Positions 38,690 through 47,696 of a DNA stretch of 64,000 nucleotides are shown piece after piece. The stretch lies in sequence record MK308675.1; one strand, given 5' to 3'. Below the pieces are notes generated by a model, which saw only the letters and a list, made by a program, of their open reading frames with translations, was not told where the DNA came from and ran no database searches. Each line of letters begins with the position of its first letter. Within the stretch, counting starts at the first letter, position 1. The position numbers and the translations under genes are program-made.

Positions 38690-39046
38690 ATGGCCGAGAC
38701 ATACTCTCGCTCAGGTCAAGACGATGTCGGTCTCGAATGGTTAGGAAGACTTTCACTTCGCTTAGCGCATTACGTGGCATATCTGCGCGTCGTGCAATCT
38801 GCTGAAGATGCTTGTCTTTTCGTTAATGAACAGGTGGACTTACTCTTAACAGAGCTTTCATCCTCAAATGTGTTCCCCGACCGTGACTCCGATGTGATTA
38901 CGGTAGAAACAATGCAAGCTTTGAGATTTCTAATGGAAGAAGTTCCCACTGCACAAGACCACTTCATTAATCAAATCGCTCAAGAGATTGAAAGCGGCCA
39001 AGTCAGCAAGGAAGCTGAGTTCTTGCGCCCTCTCGGTTCTTTTTAA
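38690..39046 (+). CDS. Hypothetical protein
   Basis: Probable ATG 38690 after AGGGG, with TATATAAC at 38649-38656; own terminator. Confidence 0.6.
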   Translation: MAETYSRSGQDDVGLEWLGRLSLRLAHYVAYLRVVQSAEDACLFVNEQVDLLLTELSSSNVFPDRDSDVITVETMQALRFLMEEVPTAQDHFINQIAQEIESGQVSKEAEFLRPLGSF

Positions 39047-39074
39047 GATTGAGATAAAACAATAATAAAATAAA

Positions 39075-39098
39075 GCAGGAAGGTTTCGGCCTTCCTGC
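39075..39098 (+). terminator. Intrinsic terminator
   Basis: GCAGGAAGG-TTTCGG-CCTTCCTGC. Confidence 0.8.
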
Positions 39099-39137
39099 AT
39101 TTATACTATTTTTCATCAAAAAAAAAATAAGTCATGT

Positions 39138-39171
39138 CTCTTCCCTAAGCCCATTAAGGCTTAGGGAAGAG
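39138..39171 (-). terminator. Intrinsic terminator
   Basis: 14-bp stem CTCTTCCCTAAGCC/GGCTTAGGGAAGAG with an A-tract on the plus side (T-tract on minus). Confidence 0.8.
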
Positions 39172-39223
39172 TTAGACTCTTAAAGTTAAAATCCATGTGG
39201 CGTCTACGCCATTAAAAGTTTGG

Positions 39224-39505
39224 TTAGTTTAGGGTTGTGCTTTTGAAGGTGGTGTCACGAATGTTTATAGCCTTTAGACACACGATATTATCCCGTGGCT
39301 TTTGCCCGTGTGGCGGACTTGTTTTTGTCTGCACTGGCATGGCGAGTGCAGCGAGACATGCAGTTGACCTTTGAGAGGTTTGTGTTTGCATGCATATAGA
39401 CAATATGGGTCTTACTTTTCCTTCAAACCCAAATCCTCGGAACGCTGGTGTTATCTTGTCGATATCCTTGGACTCGATGAACAGGCGTGGCGAAGTACTA
39501 CTCAC
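39224..39505 (-). CDS. Small hypothetical protein (or structured RNA locus)
   Basis: GTG at 39505 preceded by perfect TAAGGAGG with 9-nt spacing; 93 aa; bracketed by minus-strand terminators. Confidence 0.4.
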   Translation of the reverse strand: MSSTSPRLFIESKDIDKITPAFRGFGFEGKVRPILSICMQTQTSQRSTACLAALAMPVQTKTSPPHGQKPRDNIVCLKAINIRDTTFKSTTLN

Positions 39506-39714
39506 GTTTTGTTTCCTCCTTATATTAAGTCCCCTACCTTCAACGCTAAAGGAACGAGAGGGACAGTAAATGTTTCCAGAGACAATGACAATAAATCCGT
39601 TATCCGTCAAGCGTACGTGCAGCTCTGAGAAACCTAGCCGGTTATTACTTTTCTAATTTTTAAACAAATAGGCGGTGTGGTTCGCCATAGAATTAAACAA
39701 AATAAAAACATACA

Positions 39715-39738
39715 GGACGGTACCCGAAGGCACCGTCC
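39715..39738 (-). terminator. Intrinsic terminator
   Basis: Minus strand GGACGGTGCC-TTCG-GGTACCGTCC then T-rich tract. Confidence 0.8.
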
Positions 39739-39758
39739 TATCTAGGTAAAACTAAGAC

Positions 39759-40706
39759 TTAGTATTCCGCTGGAGCGGTCCAGAATTTAGTGAAGTCGTA
39801 AAGAATATCTTCCGGAGCTTCTTCTTCTGCACCTTCAGTTTGGTCAGCGATACCAACACGTACAAGCTTAAGTACGCGACCTTCATCGTCGTACTCGTTG
39901 CGACCAGTACAGCTAACTGTACCTTGGGTGCATTGCTCTAGCATGTTGCCTTTGTCATCCCACTTGAATGTGATAACGGTGTCGCCTACTGGTGGCGGAG
40001 CGTAGTAAGTAGCCGTTTCCATCAGACCAGTATCTTCGTTATGGGCGAAGGTAGCGTGATGACGGAACATATCGCGGTCTAGTTTAGCGGGTAGTTTGCC
40101 TTTACTAGTCGCATCGAATTCACCTACGTGATGTTCTACTGGCCAGTCTTTACCGTTGTAGATATGACGGTCAACAGAAATCTTACCGGTCTCTTGGAAA
40201 GAACGACCGTCTTCGCCATGAACAAGAATAGGTTGATGTTCTTCTTTAACGCGACCTTGCTTGTCGTAGATTACGTTATAGATGACCATGTGCACTTTCT
40301 TAGTAGCACGGTCTACAACTGCCTGTTCAATAGTCAGGCCGCTGTCTGCACGATAACGTGTACGAGTTAGACTACCGTCGGCATAGTGCGACCAACCGAT
40401 GATTTCATCTTTCTCTGCATCGATTTCAAATGTTTCACGATGTGTAGGATAGATGACCATCATTGGAACGCCATCTTCTAACCACGTTGTTTGCGTAATG
40501 ATTCCGCGAATATGGTCAGACCAAATGCCTTCGATAGAAAGGAAGCGACCTACCGTAGTAGGGATGATGTTATTACGCTTAAGTACTTCTACCTGAGCCG
40601 GGTCCATACCTAACAAGATTAATGCTCGCGCATCGATTGGTGCATTAAGAACTTGCTTTTGTGCTTCGGTTGGATTTTCAGGAAGAGTGATTTGTGGCTT
40701 ATCCAT
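39759..40706 (-). CDS. Hypothetical protein: alpha-CTD-like N-terminus plus YD-like beta repeats
   Basis: LLGMDPAQVEVLKRNNIIPTTVGRFL; YDKQGRV, WDDKGNM and YDDEGRV repeats. Confidence 0.55.
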   Translation of the reverse strand: MDKPQITLPENPTEAQKQVLNAPIDARALILLGMDPAQVEVLKRNNIIPTTVGRFLSIEGIWSDHIRGIITQTTWLEDGVPMMVIYPTHRETFEIDAEKDEIIGWSHYADGSLTRTRYRADSGLTIEQAVVDRATKKVHMVIYNVIYDKQGRVKEEHQPILVHGEDGRSFQETGKISVDRHIYNGKDWPVEHHVGEFDATSKGKLPAKLDRDMFRHHATFAHNEDTGLMETATYYAPPPVGDTVITFKWDDKGNMLEQCTQGTVSCTGRNEYDDEGRVLKLVRVGIADQTEGAEEEAPEDILYDFTKFWTAPAEY

Positions 40707-40740
40707 TTTGGGTTCCTTCTATAGTAACAAAGAATTAGGG

Positions 40741-41322
40741 TTAGGCGTTTTTATTGACTTCGCAGATAGCTTCTTCAACTTGCAAGTCTAAAGCATCATA
40801 GTTATCACGGAAATGAAACGCACGGATGTGTGGATTGGGATGGTTGTTGACTTGGTCGCAGTTACGGATGAAGTCGTCTAATAACCAAACCTCATCCCAC
40901 TGATGGGACTGCTGAAGTTGATTCATGACAGCAGCCTTCTCTCCACTGCCTTGAACGATATGGAAATGTTCCAGCGTATGGGCACTATTAGGAAGGTTAC
41001 GAATAATCCACTGCTGTTTAGTCGACTTGGCTAACGTAGGGTTCGGATATAGGCCGAAAGCCGTTAACCAACCTAAAGTAAAGAAACCTTGCGCTTCTAG
41101 AGAAAGCTGACTTTCCCATAGCTCTTTAAAGCCGGGTAAGATTTCTAGATGTTTAAAAGCGCTTGGGTTTTCAGCATAGTAATGCTGCATGATTTCTTGA
41201 CGCTCTTCAGGAGACTTGTCGTTGAATTCTCGGATGTTCTCGTAGCCGTAACGTTCGCAGACGGGACCTCGCCAGTTACAAGCGAATTCGTCCATGTCAT
41301 TAAGTAGTAGAATCTTTTTCAT
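40741..41322 (-). CDS. HAD-family 5'(3')-deoxyribonucleotidase-like protein
   Basis: LLLNDMDEF motif I, WLTA motif II, EKA motif III, LLDDFIRN motif IV. Confidence 0.75.
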   Translation of the reverse strand: MKKILLLNDMDEFACNWRGPVCERYGYENIREFNDKSPEERQEIMQHYYAENPSAFKHLEILPGFKELWESQLSLEAQGFFTLGWLTAFGLYPNPTLAKSTKQQWIIRNLPNSAHTLEHFHIVQGSGEKAAVMNQLQQSHQWDEVWLLDDFIRNCDQVNNHPNPHIRAFHFRDNYDALDLQVEEAICEVNKNA

Positions 41323-42005
41323 TACATCGTCTCTATTTTGATTTTGTAACCGATGGAGTTCAATAACTTCTGCATGTCGTCAAAAGTAATCTTACCGCCG
41401 GTTGCTGCCGTAGACACAGCCGCTGCTGTTAGTCCACTTTTAAAGGATAGGTCTTCTTCAGTTAAGTTCCGTTCATCCATGTAATCTTTTAAATGAATCG
41501 AAAGCTCGTCTGACGAAGACTTGTATGTCTTAGGTAGTTGAATATCTAGGTAGTAGCCATAATATGCCATGTATTGCATTGCAGATACAAAGGCCTTAGT
41601 TGGACCATAACCTAGAAGATGATGGAACGTATTCTCAGAGATACCATAAGCAGGGACATCCCGATACGTTAGCTCTGAAGTCTTGGAAAGCTCTCGGATA
41701 ACAGAAGGCGTTAACCAATCGCAGTTCCAACTAAGTTCCGCACCTAAGTGATTGAGTAGCCCGTCAGGAATTACCCAACATGTCATCTTAAGTCCTAAGG
41801 TACTAAAGAAGCGAAGCATTCGAGGCACTTGCTTATCGAAGCTTTTATTCTTCTCAAACTTATAGACCGCACCTTCTGTGTGGCCCATAAGTTTACTAAG
41901 GCGTGTAGCAGCAATTCCTCGCTCCAACCGCCTTTCCTTTAGACGTTCTGACGTCAGGTAGTTCCAAGGGACCTTTTCTTCCAGTAGGACGCCTTGGAGT
42001 TTCAT
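41322..42005 (-). CDS. XRE/Cro-type protein with three HTH-like domains
   Basis: LKERRLERGIAATRLSKLMG..., IRELSKTSELTYRDV..., LKDYMDERNLTEEDLSFKSGL...; start moved to 42005 (GGAG SD). Confidence 0.7.
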   Translation of the reverse strand: MKLQGVLLEEKVPWNYLTSERLKERRLERGIAATRLSKLMGHTEGAVYKFEKNKSFDKQVPRMLRFFSTLGLKMTCWVIPDGLLNHLGAELSWNCDWLTPSVIRELSKTSELTYRDVPAYGISENTFHHLLGYGPTKAFVSAMQYMAYYGYYLDIQLPKTYKSSSDELSIHLKDYMDERNLTEEDLSFKSGLTAAAVSTAATGGKITFDDMQKLLNSIGYKIKIETM

Positions 42006-42007
42006 AC

Positions 42008-42445
42008 CTATAGCTCCACGTCGCACTCAGGAGCAAGAGAGCGCATGTTAGAGGCGTTCTCTACTAAGTGTAGTACGTTCTCCTCAGTAACAGCGAACTT
42101 AAGGTTCACGTCCTTTTGGAGAGGCTTATAGAAGCAAGGAACGACTACGTTCACGATGCCGCCATACGGTACAGTGATTTCGTCGGTGCCGAGCTCACTA
42201 TAAATCTGCGTACGCAGTAACGTCTCGCCAAACAACTGGTCAGACGCAATAATGTCCGAGTTAGGCAAGTAGATAACTAACGGCCAAAACAGGTAGTTTT
42301 TATCTTGCGAGTCTAACCAAGCTGCCATAGGCTGATTGCTTTCACTCTTATACTCAACGGTCTCCGTCAGTACTTTCATGAAGGCATTCATTTTGTGGGA
42401 CTTAACGTGCACCACTAACGTTTCAAACGGATTAGATAAAGCCAC
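42008..42445 (-). CDS. Hypothetical protein
   Basis: GTG 42445 after AAGGAGG. Confidence 0.6.
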   Translation of the reverse strand: MALSNPFETLVVHVKSHKMNAFMKVLTETVEYKSESNQPMAAWLDSQDKNYLFWPLVIYLPNSDIIASDQLFGETLLRTQIYSELGTDEITVPYGGIVNVVVPCFYKPLQKDVNLKFAVTEENVLHLVENASNMRSLAPECDVEL

Positions 42446-42455
42446 AGAGGCCTCC

Positions 42456-43946
42456 TTATTTCTTCTTGCGGTTTGCTTTACGTCCTTGCTTGCTTTTAGC
42501 GCGGGACTTCTTAATTGCTGCACGAGAGCGCTTATGTGGGTTTACTTCCAAACCCATTGCGTCGTTCTGTGCTTTCTTCTCATCTTCCCATGGTTTAGGG
42601 GCAACATGTGAATAGGTCCACTGAGGACGACTAAAGAGAGGGTCACGGAAGAAGTTCTCGTCTCCCGTAGGGCAGATAGCCCATGGGCCAACATCTACGT
42701 CTGGTAGTAAATCGTCAACCATGGATTTGCAGCCAGGAGTCAGCGCCACGGTCGGATTAGCCATCATAGAAGCAGTAGCCAAAGCCATCGCCGTCTTCAT
42801 GCTCATTCCGCCAGAGTTAACGCGTCCTCCGCGAGGAATGAAACCTACCGCGGTTGAACCGATTTCTCCTACTAGGGCTTGGGCTACTTCTGGAAGAATG
42901 CCTTTCTCCGTAAGAACGCCAACTCGACTACTAAACTCAGCAGCTTTCATTTCACTTACGGTTCTTGCTGCCTCGTCGATTAACTCAAAGACTTTGTCCG
43001 CCGGCGTATCTTCCTCGATGGTGCAAGTAACGTCAGAAGAGACTTGAGCTAAAAGCATGCTCTTGATATCGCCGTCTTGAAGCCCGTCTTCTTCGATAAC
43101 GCCTGCTGCCTTTAACTTCTTACGGCGAGTAAGCTGCTCGTCGATTAATTTAGCAATCGGGGTAGCGGGTACTGCGGAGTCTCTTACTTGGTAGCTTGAT
43201 AGCGAATCGATAACGATAGGACGATTGCGTTCGTTCTCTACCACAGACAGTTCAGGAGCTGGAGTTCTAGCAATGTCAGCAGTGTTCCATTTCACATCAA
43301 CTGGGAAAGGAACATAGTGTTTAGTCAGTTGCTCCTTCATTTCTTTTATGGCATTGCGGACCATGAAGTAAGCGTCATTGGAAATTACAATGTCGCCTGC
43401 GGTACGGTGAGTGCGCACGGCATTATTGGCATTGTCTTGACCTTCAGGGCGATATAGGTCTTCGTCGCCGACGGCTTCGCTGGATAGCCAGTCCAAGTCC
43501 CACTTGCCCTTATCAAAAGTGGCACCGTTCAGCTCAAAGGAAAGTTCCGTGCCTTTGCGGTAAGCCATATGAAAGCGCCCGTCGTCAAACATCGCTCCGT
43601 CTTCAATAAAGAAGACAACGAAGTCTGACGCAATCTCATCTAAGAAAAGCACTAAATGAGAAACTTCCATGAACCTTCCGCTATACGTACTGTAGAGAAC
43701 AGTGTCGACCATGCTAGGCGTCACGGTTCCCAGGAACTTCCCTAAATGTGTACACGCCATCATGCCTTGGCTAAGCTCGTCAAAGCAAGCCCAATCTAAG
43801 TCGCCCAAGTACTTAGCTTTATGCTCTAGCCACTCATTAGCATCTAGAATTTCTTTCGTAGTCCAGCCCGCTACCAACGCTTGAACAATCTGCAAATATT
43901 CCGGTTTGATTTGTGCCTTTACAACAGCACCGTTTCTTGTACCCAT
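42456..43946 (-). CDS. Hypothetical protein with very basic C-terminal tail
   Basis: 496 aa; ends KKSRAKSKQGRKANRKKK; GAGG SD. Confidence 0.7.
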   Translation of the reverse strand: MGTRNGAVVKAQIKPEYLQIVQALVAGWTTKEILDANEWLEHKAKYLGDLDWACFDELSQGMMACTHLGKFLGTVTPSMVDTVLYSTYSGRFMEVSHLVLFLDEIASDFVVFFIEDGAMFDDGRFHMAYRKGTELSFELNGATFDKGKWDLDWLSSEAVGDEDLYRPEGQDNANNAVRTHRTAGDIVISNDAYFMVRNAIKEMKEQLTKHYVPFPVDVKWNTADIARTPAPELSVVENERNRPIVIDSLSSYQVRDSAVPATPIAKLIDEQLTRRKKLKAAGVIEEDGLQDGDIKSMLLAQVSSDVTCTIEEDTPADKVFELIDEAARTVSEMKAAEFSSRVGVLTEKGILPEVAQALVGEIGSTAVGFIPRGGRVNSGGMSMKTAMALATASMMANPTVALTPGCKSMVDDLLPDVDVGPWAICPTGDENFFRDPLFSRPQWTYSHVAPKPWEDEKKAQNDAMGLEVNPHKRSRAAIKKSRAKSKQGRKANRKKK

Positions 43947-43978
43947 AACGGTATCCTCTTTAAACAGTAATAAGAAAA

Positions 43979-44004
43979 CTCTCTCCTACCTAAGTAGGAG
44001 AGAG
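43979..44004 (-). terminator. Intrinsic terminator
   Basis: CTCTCTCCTAC-CTAA-GTAGGAGAGAG. Confidence 0.8.
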
Positions 44005-44019
44005 CATTAGTTTGAACAA

Positions 44020-44532
44020 TTATATTTGCACTCGGTCTTCGATGTTGTACCAACGGTACATCTCTTTCGTCGTTAACTGAATGCGGGTGAGCTTACGTAG
44101 TTCCTTTTCCACTGCTTCTTCCCAGTTGTCTCCGTTACAAGTAAGGAATAGACGTTTAGGGTCTAGGTTACGTTTAAGACCACGAACTTCAATGTAAGTG
44201 ACCGTTTCCCATGGAAGGACAACTGTGTATGGCGGAATGCGTCGGTCTTCGGATTCGTAGTACTCGATGGTTACGTGTACGCCGTCATCTTTGATTTCAG
44301 ATTCCGTAATAAGGAAAAGGTGGTCCACGCGGTTGGCCTTATAAGGGAACGCGTAGAAGTTTTGTCCGTCTTCTGTCGAAAAGAAGCTACGTCTTACGTG
44401 CTCTTCCCATTCGGTTGACATAAGACCACAAACCCAGCGAGCTTCTAGATTGTACTTGTCAATCATAGCGGCTACTTTCTGAGCAACTTCTTTATGTTGA
44501 ATGCCGTGAGGCAGGTATTCGGTATCAGACAT
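44020..44532 (-). CDS. Hypothetical protein
   Basis: 170 aa, overlaps the upstream stop. Confidence 0.65.
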   Translation of the reverse strand: MSDTEYLPHGIQHKEVAQKVAAMIDKYNLEARWVCGLMSTEWEEHVRRSFFSTEDGQNFYAFPYKANRVDHLFLITESEIKDDGVHVTIEYYESEDRRIPPYTVVLPWETVTYIEVRGLKRNLDPKRLFLTCNGDNWEEAVEKELRKLTRIQLTTKEMYRWYNIEDRVQI

Positions 44533-45400
44533 TATCGCGCTTCTTATTGTAAACGTGGATGGAATCGAAGCGACTAGCTTCGCCGTGTAGGTCGACTAGT
44601 AGATTTAGCTGACCTGTTAGGAACGCAATTTCGAAGAGGTTAGTTTCTTCACGGTTGACTGCGTCGTTAAGCTTCTTAGCCATCACGCCACAATCGAATG
44701 TATCGTTGCTACCAACTGTCTCTTCTTTAAGTTCCCAGCCTAGAGTGCCGGTGACGAACTCAACAAGCTCTGTCGCGGTCTGCATAGAGCAGATGCCAAT
44801 AGAAGCTAAAGTTTCCAGGGCCGAATTAGAAACCACTTTAGCTGGCTCATCATCGTTACCTTTCATCTTTTCACGTTCGGCCTGTTCCCATGCTTCTTTA
44901 CGCTCATGGAAAGCTTTCTCGTCGACTTGGTCATAGCCACCACGGTCGTTCTTAACGTAGTACTGAGGCCCTACAGGAGATTCCTGAACAACGAAATGAC
45001 CAGGCGGTTCAACTGGTTTGTACTCAGCAATTGCTTCTTCAAGACCAGGAATCTCGATGTCTGGTTTCTTTGACTCTTCCTTTTCTACGGCCGGTTCAGC
45101 AGGAATAGCTGCTTGAAGCGGTGGAGCATTACGGATATAGTCCCGCTCAATCTCGAGCAGTACATCTTTAATGTTCTTAGCTACACGGTCGCGGATGTTG
45201 TGAATGGTATCCGGCTCGATAGTAGCTTTGTAGTTACCATAGTCACGCTCGATGCGCGCCTGACCGCTTGGCACTTCTTTGTCACGGTCGTCAAAGGTAA
45301 CCTTAACAGAGAAGCCGTCATAACGACTAAAGACAGCCTTAAGGGCCGGAACATGTTTCGACTCAGTATAGACGGTCAACGGAATTAAATCATTAGTCAC
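44525..45400 (-). CDS. Hypothetical protein
   Basis: 291 aa in a tightly packed operon. Confidence 0.7.
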   Translation of the reverse strand: MTNDLIPLTVYTESKHVPALKAVFSRYDGFSVKVTFDDRDKEVPSGQARIERDYGNYKATIEPDTIHNIRDRVAKNIKDVLLEIERDYIRNAPPLQAAIPAEPAVEKEESKKPDIEIPGLEEAIAEYKPVEPPGHFVVQESPVGPQYYVKNDRGGYDQVDEKAFHERKEAWEQAEREKMKGNDDEPAKVVSNSALETLASIGICSMQTATELVEFVTGTLGWELKEETVGSNDTFDCGVMAKKLNDAVNREETNLFEIAFLTGQLNLLVDLHGEASRFDSIHVYNKKRDNV

Positions 45401-45402
45401 GA

Positions 45403-45870
45403 TTAGTCTCCTTTTATCTGGATATTTTGGTCAACGTCAACTAACACTAACGTTTCCCGGAAAGTTTTCTTATTAATACGGATATCCTTCTTCTCTGATT
45501 TCATAGAGAAATAGAAATGAAGGCTCTCGTCACATAATGCGATAGCTTCGTCAATATTAACTAGCTTCACGTAGACGCCCATAATGCCTAGACCTTCGTC
45601 CTTAGCGCGAAGATACAGATGGCGAGTGATGCGGTATTGGTCTTCGTATTCCAGAGGACGTACTTCCGCTTTAATGTTCTGTACCAGATTGTGGTCAGAG
45701 CTAAAGTGTCCGTCTTCAAAACTATTAAAGAGTTTATAGGTCGGACTTTCATTTACGCTGTCAGTAACAAAGACGCCCTCTTCTAGAAGAATCCACGAAG
45801 CACCTGTGCGCTTAGCTTCTTCTAGTTTAAAGCGTGTTACTGAATATACTACTTCTTTCGTCTCTTGCAT
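45403..45870 (-). CDS. Hypothetical protein
   Basis: 155 aa in operon. Confidence 0.65.
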   Translation of the reverse strand: MQETKEVVYSVTRFKLEEAKRTGASWILLEEGVFVTDSVNESPTYKLFNSFEDGHFSSDHNLVQNIKAEVRPLEYEDQYRITRHLYLRAKDEGLGIMGVYVKLVNIDEAIALCDESLHFYFSMKSEKKDIRINKKTFRETLVLVDVDQNIQIKGD

Positions 45871-46136
45871 TTCTTATGTACCAAATTATCGTCCCCGAAG
45901 AACTTACCGAACGGATGCCATGCCACTGGCTTAGTGAGTTCGTTTGTATCGATGCGCGGGATAGCATGTGCTCTTAAGCACTCAGCGGTGAAATTACCTA
46001 TGCTAGGTGCTGCTCCCAAAACAACGACACGTTTCTTTGTTTCTTCAGGTAGGGTTTCTATTAGTTCTCTGGCACGCTCTTGAATCTCTTCATCCTCGAG
46101 GTGCAGAAGTATATCTTCTACTTTAGTCTCAATCAT
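45849..46136 (-). CDS. Hypothetical protein, basic C-terminus
   Basis: GGGAG SD; 95 aa. Confidence 0.6.
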   Translation of the reverse strand: MIETKVEDILLHLEDEEIQERARELIETLPEETKKRVVVLGAAPSIGNFTAECLRAHAIPRIDTNELTKPVAWHPFGKFFGDDNLVHKKCKRRKK

Positions 46137-46166
46137 TGGGAACTCCCAAAAACTAATTAAAAATAG

Positions 46167-46190
46167 TAGAGATAGCCGTAGCCATCTCTA
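46167..46190 (-). terminator. Intrinsic terminator
   Basis: Minus strand TAGAGATGGC-TACG-GCTATCTCTA plus T-rich tract. Confidence 0.7.
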
Positions 46191-46197
46191 AGTAAGT

Positions 46198-46662
46198 TTA
46201 TTCTGTGCCGTCGTCCGGATAACCCAAAATAGCTATCGACTGGATATCAGCATTCGCATAGTCATAGTCGATGCCTATACATATGTCGCCGTCCGTTCTA
46301 ACAGTACGGTCAACTTCCATCTCGATTTCAATGACCATGCCTAATCCTTCATGAGCGAACTGCGGGTAACCTTCCACATGTAACTTAAAAACATGAGTAG
46401 TGTGTCGCGTCACAATGCGGTCGATGAGACTCGAAGCCCATGGGAACTTCTCGACCTTAACGTCAAGAAGCTTAATGTCTGTTTCATCCTGTTGTAGTTC
46501 CAGTAATTCCTCTTTCGGAAGTGCCTGTAAGCGTTCTAGAATCGCACGGTGTGTTTCATCTAGAGACGGCTCGGCGATAATAGGAGCCATGCGCTGAGCG
46601 TGGAGCCATAGGGTTTGTCCTCCGATTTTGCAAGAGTGACGGATTTTAATTTTTTCGTTCAT
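46198..46662 (-). CDS. Hypothetical protein
   Basis: 154 aa; GAGG SD. Confidence 0.65.
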   Translation of the reverse strand: MNEKIKIRHSCKIGGQTLWLHAQRMAPIIAEPSLDETHRAILERLQALPKEELLELQQDETDIKLLDVKVEKFPWASSLIDRIVTRHTTHVFKLHVEGYPQFAHEGLGMVIEIEMEVDRTVRTDGDICIGIDYDYANADIQSIAILGYPDDGTE

Positions 46663-46693
46663 TTTAGTTTCCTCGCTTTGAAAGGTTATAAAG

Positions 46694-46725
46694 ATATAGT
46701 CTTAGGTTTTACCCTAAGACTATAT
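46694..46725 (-). terminator. Inverted repeat / terminator
   Basis: ATATAGTCTTAGG/CCTAAGACTATAT 13-bp stem. Confidence 0.65.
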
Positions 46726-46733
46726 AGGTTTAA

Positions 46734-47132
46734 TTATTTCTTAGTAGAGATGGTAACAGATGAAGGCTCATTCCGCTTAGGCTGAGGAAGGTAGGTAATT
46801 TCACCGGTTTCCGATATAGTACCGCATAGGAAGCAAGAGACATTCTCGAATGTAAATTCTACATCCCAGTCTCCGTCCCATTCGGTATGGCGATAAGTGA
46901 TTTTGGCTTTAGCCGACAGATGATACACGTGGTTGGTTAATAAAACTTTTTCCGCCAACGCCTCCAAGATAACACGGTCGATTAAGTCACCTAGGACGTC
47001 TTCAGTGGCGTCCTTTTCTGTCAGATTTCCCACGATGGGAACCATAGATAAATCGACATGGCGCGCCACCAGGGGAGCTTCTTCATCTGTGCGTTCGGTA
47101 TAGAACGTGGTCGCGAAATAAACTTCGGTCAT
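46734..47132 (-). CDS. Hypothetical protein
   Basis: Start moved to ATG 47132 (ATGA overlap). Confidence 0.6.
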   Translation of the reverse strand: MTEVYFATTFYTERTDEEAPLVARHVDLSMVPIVGNLTEKDATEDVLGDLIDRVILEALAEKVLLTNHVYHLSAKAKITYRHTEWDGDWDVEFTFENVSCFLCGTISETGEITYLPQPKRNEPSSVTISTKK

Positions 47133-47440
47133 TGTTTTGTCCATCCTAAAGAACGAGCCAAAGCTAAGCACTGGTATTTATCGTCGTGCACTGCGCAAAG
47201 CGTGAAGTGGGTGATAAGTTGAACTTTGCCTTGGATGTCGCGAAATGCTCCATGGCCATGCCAGTGGTTGTCTCGCTCAACCATACCGCCCGAATAGAAA
47301 AGACCACGGCCCTTTATATAAACCCAGAAACGAGTATAATGACGGCGAGTACGTGCATTAAACCATTCGGCTCCTTCTCCGAATACGTTGAAGAAGGTAT
47401 TGACATTATGCTGAATCGGCGATTGTCGTTCGATACACAT
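47129..47440 (-). CDS. Hypothetical protein
   Basis: Protein-like composition; start uncertain. Confidence 0.5.
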   Translation of the reverse strand: MCIERQSPIQHNVNTFFNVFGEGAEWFNARTRRHYTRFWVYIKGRGLFYSGGMVERDNHWHGHGAFRDIQGKVQLITHFTLCAVHDDKYQCLALARSLGWTKQ

Positions 47441-47696
47441 CGGTGTTCTCCAGTTTTTCAAAAACATCAGACTTAACTAAAAGCTTGCTAGGGCGAGAGA
47501 ATAGAAAGTCAATGGAAGGTGTACGGACAGTAAACTTACCATCGGCGCGCTTAGACGCCGACGTAATGGTTTCCTCTGTAAAGACCGTGTCATACTTCGC
47601 TTCGAAGATAGTGGTCCCGATAGGCAACTTAAGTAAACTGTCTTCGTCAAGGGGGCGGAACGTATCCCATTCCCCTTCTTCTAGTTTACGATACAT
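47406..47696 (-). CDS. Hypothetical protein
   Basis: 96 aa abutting the upstream stop. Confidence 0.6.
   Translation of the reverse strand: MYRKLEEGEWDTFRPLDEDSLLKLPIGTTIFEAKYDTVFTEETITSASKRADGKFTVRTPSIDFLFSRPSKLLVKSDVFEKLENTDVYRTTIADSA

Noticed and set aside
39371-39628. Plus-strand 85-aa ORF in the 39.2-39.7 kb gap
   Set aside because: TTG start without SD; terminator orientation favours a minus-strand unit.
39759-40706. RHS polymorphic toxin
   Set aside because: Too short, with no PxxxxDPxG core end, toxin domain or immunity gene.
47314-47406. 30-aa hydrophobic mini-ORF (MSIPSS...VIILVSGFI) TAATG-coupled to 47406..47696
   Set aside because: Fully overlaps the more protein-like 47129..47440 frame; probably chance.
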